From a virus (Duplodnaviria > Caudoviricetes), in the IMG/VR virus record IMGVR_UViG_3300002026_000039, positions 1 to 52,591 of that record: a stretch of 52,591 bases of DNA. The stretch is one strand, 5' to 3'. The notes under the pieces were generated by a model. It did not search any database and was not told where the DNA came from. It saw only the letters and a list, made by a program, of their open reading frames with translations. This document shows positions 1 to 7,521 of the stretch, one piece after another (positions within the stretch are counted from its first letter, which is position 1; every line of letters begins with the position of its first letter). The position numbers were made by a program, and so were the translations under genes.

Positions 1-20
1 GTTAGTTCCATAAGTCATTT

Positions 21-509
21 TTAATCTGAATTAATAATTTTTAATTTTATTAATTTTGTTGAAAATTTATCAACAATACTTTTAGCAGATTCTAATCCAA
101 AATATATTTTGGGGTTAAATTTTGAAAATATTGGATTTGGATTTCCATTAATATCTTTATCGAAATTAGTTATAAATAATTTTTCATCAATATCCTCATA
201 TACTTGAAAATAAATTGTATAAATTGCTCTATGTTGTGAATTTTCTAACCAATAAAAAAATAATTTATCATCAATAACTATATTTGATAAATTAATAAAG
301 AATAAATTTTTTGAATTAAATGGTTTATCAGTAAATATTAAATTATTATTTTTTACATAACAAGATAAACAAATATCATTATTAAAAATTATTGATGGTT
401 TTTTAAAATCTCCAAAAATACGAATATTTATATTTTTTGATTTAAAAAATTCAATTATTTTTTTGTTTCTTTCTGAAAAGAAATTACATTTATCTTTTAT
501 TTTTTCCAT
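21..509 (-). CDS. hypothetical protein (162 aa)
   Basis: ORF track; co-oriented and overlapping with neighbours; no motif recognised. Confidence 0.7.
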   Translation of the reverse strand: MEKIKDKCNFFSERNKKIIEFFKSKNINIRIFGDFKKPSIIFNNDICLSCYVKNNNLIFTDKPFNSKNLFFINLSNIVIDDKLFFYWLENSQHRAIYTIYFQVYEDIDEKLFITNFDKDINGNPNPIFSKFNPKIYFGLESAKSIVDKFSTKLIKLKIINSD

Positions 510-738
510 TTGTTCTTCGCATAATCTGAATTAATCCAATAAAACCTATCCACCACCAAAAGAATAATGATAAAATTAAACATAACCAAACATCTTTAGA
601 TTTTAATTTTTCATCTTTTTCATACATATTATCTATACACCAATTTAATGATAACATAAATAATATCATTATTATGATACAAAATATTATAAATTCCATT
701 TTCATGTTATTTGATTTTTTCAATTGTTGAATTAACAA
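490..738 (-). CDS. small membrane protein (two hydrophobic segments); true start may be a downstream Met
   Basis: FIIFCIIIMILFMLSL and VWLCLILSLFFWWWIGFIGLI stretches. Confidence 0.65.
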   Translation of the reverse strand: MLIQQLKKSNNMKMEFIIFCIIIMILFMLSLNWCIDNMYEKDEKLKSKDVWLCLILSLFFWWWIGFIGLIQIMRRTNGKNKR

Positions 739-973
739 AAATTGTATCTAATGGGATATTTTTGGTTTTAAATCTAATTCGATAATATTCTTTAATTAAA
801 AATGTATTTTCTTTATATTCGATTTTTGATGGTTCTTTAATTTTTACAATCTTTATTTTTGGTTCCTTTTCAATAATATCACTTATAAATAAACCAAAAC
901 TAATACTTATTAATAATAAAATTGTTGTTTTTAAAAATTCTCGAAATAATTGTGATTCTCTTTTGTCTAACAT
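707..973 (-). CDS. hypothetical protein with N-terminal TM segment
   Basis: TILLLISISFGLFIS; overlaps neighbours. Confidence 0.65.
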   Translation of the reverse strand: MLDKRESQLFREFLKTTILLLISISFGLFISDIIEKEPKIKIVKIKEPSKIEYKENTFLIKEYYRIRFKTKNIPLDTIFVNSTIEKIK

Positions 974-1293
974 GATTTTTGTATTTTTTGATTTTCTTGT
1001 ATTTTTTGATTTTCTTGTATTTTTATGTTATAATTTAAAACCTTAAAAGCTTCAACAACAGAAATATTTTCATTAATGAAAATATTTTTATCAATTTGAT
1101 ATTCAATATAAATAGTTTCAATAAAATCCAAATATTTATCAATTTTAATTTTTACCCAATTATGTTGACCAATATAAGGTGTTTTAAATATTAATACATT
1201 ATGATTTTCTTCTAAATAACCTTCAAGTTCTGAAAATTCCTTACACTTTAAAAGTAAATCTATTAAAACTCCAATTAATTTTACTCTTTCCAT
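967..1293 (-). CDS. hypothetical protein with C-terminal KIQENQ repeats
   Basis: ORF track; 18-nt tandem repeat at ~978-1024. Confidence 0.65.
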   Translation of the reverse strand: MERVKLIGVLIDLLLKCKEFSELEGYLEENHNVLIFKTPYIGQHNWVKIKIDKYLDFIETIYIEYQIDKNIFINENISVVEAFKVLNYNIKIQENQKIQENQKIQKSC

Positions 1294-1302
1294 AATATTT
1301 AT

Positions 1303-1695
1303 TTATAATATTCTTACTATTTTTCCTCGTATTGTTTTAAATTTTTTTGGTAATAATTCTTTTTTAATTTTTGTAAATAAAACATCAAAACTACGAATAG
1401 CATATTTATCATCTTTACCCCATAAATTCATTAAAAAATTATTTCTATCAAACTCCTCATTAATAGATAATTCAATAAGTTTTTCATGTATAAATCCAAG
1501 TTTATTTAGGTTATTATTTTTTTGAAGTTTATTATAATCTATTAAATATGGTGAATTAGTTTGTTTTTCGGTACCTATTAAACTAAATTTTTTATCATTT
1601 TCATTAAAATATGCTACTGCCCATTGAGAGTTATTAAATAATTTTATCCAATAAAAACCTGTTTCTAATTTTTCCATATATTTAAAATTATTCAA
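1303..1695 (-). CDS. hypothetical protein (130 aa)
   Basis: ORF track, operon context. Confidence 0.65.
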   Translation of the reverse strand: MNNFKYMEKLETGFYWIKLFNNSQWAVAYFNENDKKFSLIGTEKQTNSPYLIDYNKLQKNNNLNKLGFIHEKLIELSINEEFDRNNFLMNLWGKDDKYAIRSFDVLFTKIKKELLPKKFKTIRGKIVRIL

Positions 1696-3256
1696 TTGCT
1701 GACCAGTAACCTTTTTTATTTTTAATTGCTTTTTTATTTTGAAATGCTAATCCTTTTGATAATATATCTTTATTGTTAACAGATGAATTAATTGAATATC
1801 TAATATTTGAATTATTTAATCTATTTGGATTAATATTTCCGGCTATAACAATATCGATAATATCGTTTTTAGATATATTATGTAATTTTATTACATCAAA
1901 CATATAATTCATTACAGGAATACAATAATTTTTATAATGTGATATTATTGATTTTTTAGTAATTTGATTAGTTTCAAATAATTGAATATCTTTTTCAATT
2001 CCAAAAATTATATAACCTCTATCGATAATATAATTTGCTGCATTTGATTTTGAATATTGTTTTGATATTGATTTTATTGTTCTATTATCAATAATAAATT
2101 CTTCAACAATTTTAACCATGTTAAATATACCTGAAAAAGTTATTTTAGAAACAACACCATTTCCATCTAAACCAACATTCATTCTTTTAATACATACAAT
2201 TTCTCGATAATTAGTTTCAAGCATATTTTGTAATAAAGATTTCAATATTTTTTTATCAAATTCAAATATTACTGGTAATTGATATTTTGCCCATTCTATT
2301 TGTGTTTTTATACTTGGAAGTAAATATTCTTCAGCTGCGAAACATTCATAAGAATTAGCTAAATAATCTTTGGTAATTATACCTTTAGAATTTTTACTTA
2401 CTTTGATACTAAATTTTGTTGAAAATATATAAAATTCCGAAGTAAAAACATATATTGAATAATGTGATTTATCAGGAAATAATATATTTAAACATTTATC
2501 AAGAATATTATATAATTTTTTATTTATAGATATATTTGTGGTTAAACTTTCAATTTCTTTATAATATTCGAAAATTGTATCTAATTGATTTTCCGATAAA
2601 GCTGTACTTGATTTTGTAAATTTACTACAAACATTAGCTAGTTTTCTATTTGAAGTTTTTTCTAATACGAAAGTTTCTCTAAATCCATTAGTATTCATTC
2701 TAAAAGCATTCCATTCTTGAAATTTAGAAAAAATAGGATTTTTATATAATAATTGCCATGAAAGTTCAAATACACTTTTATCACTTTCTTTAATTGGAAT
2801 TATTGATTTTATATCCCAACCATATTCAAGTTCCCAAGCTGTACTATTTTGATTTGATAAAACAGCACACCATATTTTTGTTGGTGTTAAAGATAATTCA
2901 AATGGTAATTTTTCAAATTTAGCATCTTTTTCTTTGTACACAGTATCATCAATTTCAATATAGTGCATAAAAACCATTGTGCAATAATTTATTATTCTAT
3001 CATAATATTTTAAATTACAAACTAATAAATTATCAAATGTTGCATATAAATCTCGTAATTCACCTTTTTTATATGCTTCTTTTTCTTTTTCAGTAATTTT
3101 ATTATCTATGAATGGTTTAATTCTTAAATAATTAATATCTTCAAATAATAATGGATTGCTTGTTATCAAGCTATTCCAACGAAAATCGAAACCTTGGATT
3201 TTTTGTAGATTATTTGTTATGAAATCGCCAATGTTTTTAATGTTTTTGATTTCCAT
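1688..3256 (-). CDS. hypothetical protein (522 aa)
   Basis: long ORF in AT-rich DNA; no motif recognised. Confidence 0.8.
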   Translation of the reverse strand: MEIKNIKNIGDFITNNLQKIQGFDFRWNSLITSNPLLFEDINYLRIKPFIDNKITEKEKEAYKKGELRDLYATFDNLLVCNLKYYDRIINYCTMVFMHYIEIDDTVYKEKDAKFEKLPFELSLTPTKIWCAVLSNQNSTAWELEYGWDIKSIIPIKESDKSVFELSWQLLYKNPIFSKFQEWNAFRMNTNGFRETFVLEKTSNRKLANVCSKFTKSSTALSENQLDTIFEYYKEIESLTTNISINKKLYNILDKCLNILFPDKSHYSIYVFTSEFYIFSTKFSIKVSKNSKGIITKDYLANSYECFAAEEYLLPSIKTQIEWAKYQLPVIFEFDKKILKSLLQNMLETNYREIVCIKRMNVGLDGNGVVSKITFSGIFNMVKIVEEFIIDNRTIKSISKQYSKSNAANYIIDRGYIIFGIEKDIQLFETNQITKKSIISHYKNYCIPVMNYMFDVIKLHNISKNDIIDIVIAGNINPNRLNNSNIRYSINSSVNNKDILSKGLAFQNKKAIKNKKGYWSAIE

Positions 3257-3258
3257 AA

Positions 3259-3591
3259 TTAAATTGATAACATTTTTATACCATTAATTTCAACATATTC
3301 TGGTTCTTCAAACCCATATTCTGGGTCATATTTTTTAATATCTTCATCAACATTTTTATTAAAAATAGATACTTGTCTTATTATGGAACGTTTTGAAATT
3401 ATTATCATTCTCCAAATACTAAAACATTGATGAAATTGTTTTTTAATAGGTAATAAATTAAATTCCGGACTATCTTCAATCATTATATTTCTAATACGAT
3501 TAAATTCATATTGAATTTTATCAAATTTTTCTAAAGAAGATAATCTATCAAAAACTAAATCATTAAATTTTTTATTTTTTACATTCTCCAT
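3259..3591 (-). CDS. hypothetical protein (110 aa)
   Basis: ORF track, operon context. Confidence 0.7.
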   Translation of the reverse strand: MENVKNKKFNDLVFDRLSSLEKFDKIQYEFNRIRNIMIEDSPEFNLLPIKKQFHQCFSIWRMIIISKRSIIRQVSIFNKNVDEDIKKYDPEYGFEEPEYVEINGIKMLSI

Positions 3592-3614
3592 AATTTTAAA
3601 GAAATTAAATAATT

Positions 3615-3646
3615 AATAAAAAGAAACCCGAAATTATTCGGGTTTC
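3615..3646 (-). terminator. intrinsic terminator closing the tmRNA operon
   Basis: GAAACCCGAA-TAAT-TTCGGGTTTC followed by TTTTTATT on the minus strand. Confidence 0.85.
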
Positions 3647-3795
3647 AATTTGTGGAAAACTTTCGTGTTTTCCAATACGTTGATTACGCCGCTACTTTAA
3701 CGTCGTTTCCAAAAAGGTTTATAACTTTACCAGTTATTTGTTTGATTAAATCTATTCCGACTAATTGTGTTATGCTGTCAAAACCGGTCGCCCCC
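3647..3795 (-). ncRNA. ssrA: permuted tmRNA, coding piece (5' strand of the tRNA-like domain plus tag ORF); 3' boundary approximate
   Basis: starts GGGGGCGACCGGTTTTGACAGC at 3795; resume context CAAATAACT-GGT; tag frame 3731-3684 reads GKVINLFGNDVKVAA-TAA. Confidence 0.92.
3684..3731 (-). other. tmRNA proteolysis-tag reading frame (A)GKVINLFGNDVKVAA*
   Basis: ATAACT upstream of the resume codon; ends Ala-Ala-stop as typical ssrA tags do. Confidence 0.88.
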
Positions 3796-3932
3796 GTTAC
3801 TATGTCTTCTAAACTAACCAAACCAATAAATTAGAACACCAACAATATGTTTTTTGGGGTCAACTGAATAACTAAAATTCAATTAACTAATCCACCAGAA
3901 AGTTTAGAACCAAACTTACAAAGTTTTTAATG
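3796..3932 (-). other. intervening segment of the permuted tmRNA precursor (~137 nt, structured)
   Basis: lies between discriminator A (3933) and 5' G (3795); 9-bp inverted repeat TTCTAAACT/AGTTTAGAA at 3807-3815 and 3901-3909. Confidence 0.8.
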
Positions 3933-4005
3933 TGGAGGCGGTGGGACTCGAACCCACGTCCAAACATAAAATTAACGAACTTACAGGAAAATAAATTCCA
4001 ACAAC
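3933..4005 (-). ncRNA. ssrA: permuted tmRNA, acceptor piece (P2 3' strand, T-arm, acceptor 3' strand); 5' boundary approximate
   Basis: ...TTCGTTAATTTTATGTTTGGAC-GTGGG-TTCGAGT-CCCAC-CGCCTCC-A; CGCCTCC pairs with GGGGGCG giving G3-U70 and A73; TTATGTT pairs with AGCATAA. Confidence 0.92.
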
Positions 4006-4012
4006 TTAATCG

Positions 4013-4085
4013 TGTTTTTAACAAGAATCGAACTTGTGACCTTCAGCTGTTATAGCTGACGCTCTTCCAACTGAGCTATAAAAAC
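4013..4085 (-). tRNA. tRNA-like gene with non-canonical anticodon loop (nominal TAA, A33/C37); identity uncertain
   Basis: GTTTTTA/TAAAAAC acceptor, GCTC-AGTTGGAA-GAGC D arm, TCAGC-TATAACA-GCTGA anticodon arm, ACAAG-TTCGATT-CTTGT T arm; CCA not encoded. Confidence 0.8.
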
Positions 4086-4088
4086 CCC

Positions 4089-4183
4089 AAAATATAAATA
4101 CCGTTATGATGCTAGCTATATAACTTATGTTGTATTGCTTCCAACCACTCATACAAAACCATTGGGTAGGTTATTTATATTTT
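4089..4183 (-). ncRNA. candidate structured RNA element at the head of the tmRNA operon
   Basis: 12-bp inverted repeat (4089-4100 / 4172-4183) enclosing GC-enriched hairpins TTGTAT..ATACAA and GTTAT..ATAAC. Confidence 0.4.
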
Positions 4184-4200
4184 TTTATTCTTAATAATTA

Positions 4201-4230
4201 TATCCAAATTTATTTACAATTATAGATTGA
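4201..4230 (-). promoter_or_regulatory. recurrent phage promoter-like motif
   Basis: TCAATC-TATAATTG-N9-TTGGATA; same bipartite motif recurs about 10 times upstream of minus-strand units. Confidence 0.65.
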
Positions 4231-4262
4231 TGATAATTATTTTATTTTTTGGAATTTCTTTT

Positions 4263-4787
4263 TCATAATCTATCAATTGTATAATCTTCTAAATCTATAT
4301 GACTCCATTTTATATTTATTTTAAAATCTTTAGGAGCAACAGTTGTTCCTCCAAAATATGGGAATAATAAATATCTTAAACCAAACCATTTACTGAAACG
4401 AGTAACAATATATTCAATATCATTGAAATTAACAATATAACAATCTTTTTTAATTTCGATACTTCCATTAAATGGATTCATAGATTTTTCAAGTTCTGAA
4501 ACATATAATATATGTGAATAATGTTTACCATCAATATAATAATATAACATAAATTCTATCATTTCATTAACTATTCTCCAACCAATCCTAATTGAATGTT
4601 TATGATGATGCCACCCATCTGAAATACCAAAAAGTTTATTAGTATCTTTTTGTTTATCTGATGATATTTCATAATTAGGAGAATTTTCAAATTGAATTTG
4701 AAATTTAACTGAACTTTTAAATGTTAGATAAGGGAACCATTTGTTTGAATAATGGTTCCCTTTTTTAATTGTAAAAAGTTTTTTCAT
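4263..4787 (-). CDS. hypothetical protein (beta-rich; NKLFG..HHHKHSIRIGWR)
   Basis: ORF track. Confidence 0.75.
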   Translation of the reverse strand: MKKLFTIKKGNHYSNKWFPYLTFKSSVKFQIQFENSPNYEISSDKQKDTNKLFGISDGWHHHKHSIRIGWRIVNEMIEFMLYYYIDGKHYSHILYVSELEKSMNPFNGSIEIKKDCYIVNFNDIEYIVTRFSKWFGLRYLLFPYFGGTTVAPKDFKINIKWSHIDLEDYTIDRL

Positions 4788-4795
4788 GTGACCCT

Positions 4796-4984
4796 TTATT
4801 TTTTAAAAAAAGTTTTGTAAACAACAACATACATACCCCAAATCCAAAGACCGATTAAATATGCTACTGGAATAAAAAACATCCATTTAGGAGCTTCAAA
4901 TCCTTTTAAAAAACCTATTAAAATTAAAGCTATTAAAGCCCAACCTAGTTGTGACTTAAATAAAAATTCAAAAAATTTACTCAT
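4796..4984 (-). CDS. small two-TM membrane protein
   Basis: two hydrophobic helices, basic C-terminus. Confidence 0.7.
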   Translation of the reverse strand: MSKFFEFLFKSQLGWALIALILIGFLKGFEAPKWMFFIPVAYLIGLWIWGMYVVVYKTFFKK

Positions 4985-4991
4985 GATTATT

Positions 4992-5276
4992 TTATTTTAT
5001 TTTTGTTGTTAATATGTTTTTTGTTTTATTTTCAAAGTAATAATTTAAAATTGATTGTTTTATTATTGATGTTGTTAAAGTATTATCAAAATCAACCATA
5101 AATTCAAATTTATCTATTTTAATTTTCCTAGATGAATGTTGTATTTTCAAATTTTTATTTTTGAAATACCAATCAAATAAGTTAATTAAATTTTCCCATG
5201 TTTTTTCTGATTTAATCATTCCAAGTTTAACAAAATCAAACAATGATATTAAATCACTAAGTTTCTTTTCTTCCAT
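4992..5276 (-). CDS. hypothetical protein (94 aa)
   Basis: ORF track. Confidence 0.65.
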   Translation of the reverse strand: MEEKKLSDLISLFDFVKLGMIKSEKTWENLINLFDWYFKNKNLKIQHSSRKIKIDKFEFMVDFDNTLTTSIIKQSILNYYFENKTKNILTTKIK

Positions 5277-5546
5277 TTTTCAGTTCTTCTAAGGTTTGTT
5301 TTTTAAATTCTTCGAAATCTTTTTCATCTAATTTATCTGGATAAAAACATTCGAAATATATTTCTTCATTTAAATCAGGATTTATATTTGCTACTAATAA
5401 TACATGATAATCTGAAAATTGTTTTGTTAAATTATTTTGAGTTTCATTAATTCCAAATTGTATAAATTCATTTAATGAATGTTTATTTTCAAAATAAAAT
5501 TTAGATATAAATATTGGTTTTGGTTTTGTTTTGTTTTATTTTCCAT
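5257..5546 (-). pseudogene. frameshifted ~95-aa hypothetical gene
   Basis: ATG at 5546 is out of frame with an ~88-codon open frame (KPIFISKFYFEN...KET*); the shift lies in an AAAAC/AAAACC repeat tract at ~5516-5537. Confidence 0.6.
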
Positions 5547-5600
5547 GTTAATAATTTTTAATAATTTTTTGTTGTTTTATTTTCTTTTAAGGTTTGTTTT

Positions 5601-5852
5601 TTAAATATTTGAAAGATTCTCAAAATATTTAATAACAGATGGATTTGAAATCAAAAATCCAACTTTATTTTCAGTAATTCTATTTTGTAAATTTGATAAA
5701 TATCTTTGTCCACCTTTTAATGATTTTTTAAAAAACTTTTGGGTATCACCAAAATATTGTTTTGATAATATCAATTTATGAATTATTGATATTAATTTTA
5801 ATAATTATATATTTTTGAATCAAGTTTTATTATTTATTAATATTTTTTCCAT
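5601..5852 (-). pseudogene. hypothetical gene interrupted by two in-frame stops inside a 34-bp duplicated patch
   Basis: MEKILINNKT*FKNI*LLKLISIIHKLILSKQYFGDTQ...LSNI*; both stops fall within 5798-5831. Confidence 0.5.
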
Positions 5853-5887
5853 GTTAATAATTATATATTTTTGAATCAAGTTTTATT
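5798..5887. repeat. 34-bp exact direct repeat (5798-5831 / 5854-5887)
   Basis: ttaataattatatatttttgaatcaagttttatt twice; equals the 3' end of the phosphatase gene. Confidence 0.9.
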
Positions 5888-6465
5888 CTATCTAAATTAC
5901 CTCCTGAAGCTATTTGGTAATTTTCAAACTTAATAGCACATTCCTTTAAAAATTTTTCAATAATATATTTTGAAGGTAAAACCATATTATCAATATTATC
6001 TTGTATTCGGGAATTTTTAAAACTTTTTTCAGTTTCAATTTTTTCTTCTTCTGAATCAAAAATAAACATATTTAATATATCCTTATCTAATTTTTGATTA
6101 TCTTTTCTTTTCAAATATGTTTTAGTTCTCAAAAAATAATAACATTCAGCAACTGTTACCGACCTATTAGCTCCTGCATGACAATACAATAATACCTTTT
6201 TATTTTGACTTTCAGCTATCCACAAAATTTGTAAAGCACCATAAATAGAATTTATACCCATTGAAGTACATTCAGATAATGGAAACCAAAAATATTTAAT
6301 ATTATTTTCATTACAAATATTATGATTTACTTCAATATATTCATCTGAAACATTAATAATATAATCAATTTGTTTTGAATTTTTTATTAATTCACCTGAT
6401 AATGGATAACATTCAACACTTAATTTATTATTGAATCACTCACTAAATTTAATTTTGTTTTCCAT
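5854..6465 (-). pseudogene. dual-specificity/tyrosine phosphatase-family gene (CX5R) with an in-frame TGA at codon 10
   Basis: YCHAGANRS active-site motif; frame extends upstream of 6261 (YIINVSDE, YFWFPLSE) to ATG 6465 with a single TGA at 6436-6438. Confidence 0.75.
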
Positions 6466-6502
6466 TTTATTTGATTTGTGTTGCTTTTATCCATTCATTA
6501 AT

Positions 6503-6991
6503 TTATTCATTCATAACTCTTAATGAAATTTCATTTTTAAATTTTGAATATGTAAAACGAAATTTATTTCGAACAATTTTAGTTTTTCTTAATTTCATAC
6601 GTTTTGATTTAAAAATTAATTCAATAACATATTGATTTTCATCAAAAGCCTTTAATTCAATTTCCTTATAAACATCTAATGAATCTCTGAAATTTATTTC
6701 TACTATGTTTTTATTTTTACCCAAATAAAATAATGTATTTGGATTATCTCTACAATAATTGAAATAATTAAAATGTCCAATTATTATTCTTGTTCCAGAA
6801 AATGTATATTCTTTAAAATCATCAATATTAAAATTTTCCAATATTTCTGTTCCTGTATAAAGAAAATTCTTTAATATTTCCATTAAATGAATTTGTGAAT
6901 CTTTTTTTAATTGATTAATAGTAATATTATTTCCATTAATAATATTAAATTTATCCATTAAACTTTCCTGATTTAATATTTTTGGTTTCAT
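6503..6991 (-). CDS. hypothetical protein (162 aa)
   Basis: ORF track. Confidence 0.7.
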   Translation of the reverse strand: MKPKILNQESLMDKFNIINGNNITINQLKKDSQIHLMEILKNFLYTGTEILENFNIDDFKEYTFSGTRIIIGHFNYFNYCRDNPNTLFYLGKNKNIVEINFRDSLDVYKEIELKAFDENQYVIELIFKSKRMKLRKTKIVRNKFRFTYSKFKNEISLRVMNE

Positions 6992-6993
6992 GT

Positions 6994-7503
6994 TTATGAA
7001 TTTATATTTTTATCAATCCAATAATTTGTATGTAAATAATTTAAACTTTTATCTATAGTTATTGCAAATCCTGTTATTGGATTTATACTATAATTCCAAA
7101 ATTCTTTTAATTTATAAGTTGGTATTGTTTTTTCTTTATCTTTGGAAAATTCAACATCCCTCTTAAATTTAACAGGATTTTTTATGTATATTTTTTTCTT
7201 TGATTTATTTTTAGAAGTTTTTTCTGAATCTTCTTCGGTTATGTTAATTTCTTTCAAATATTTTTTATAAAAATATGTTGCAACATATTTTTTATTTTCA
7301 TTATCGGATAATTTTGGTGGAACTTTAAATTTATCTAAAACTTGTTCACTAAATTTAATTCGAACATTATTATTATACCAAAATATTTCAAATTTATCAT
7401 AATATAAATAACATAATTTTATATTTGTTTCATTGCAATTCAGGAAATTATCTTTAATAATTTTAATAAATTCATCTAATTTTATATAATTTGTAAATAT
7501 CAT
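6994..7503 (-). CDS. hypothetical protein (169 aa)
   Basis: ORF track. Confidence 0.7.
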   Translation of the reverse strand: MIFTNYIKLDEFIKIIKDNFLNCNETNIKLCYLYYDKFEIFWYNNNVRIKFSEQVLDKFKVPPKLSDNENKKYVATYFYKKYLKEINITEEDSEKTSKNKSKKKIYIKNPVKFKRDVEFSKDKEKTIPTYKLKEFWNYSINPITGFAITIDKSLNYLHTNYWIDKNINS

Positions 7504-7521
7504 GTTTTATGTGTTTTTTAG

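Noticed and set aside
3652-3834. 60-aa plus-strand ORF
   Set aside because: Antisense to the tmRNA coding piece and against the local gene orientation; a by-product of the RNA gene
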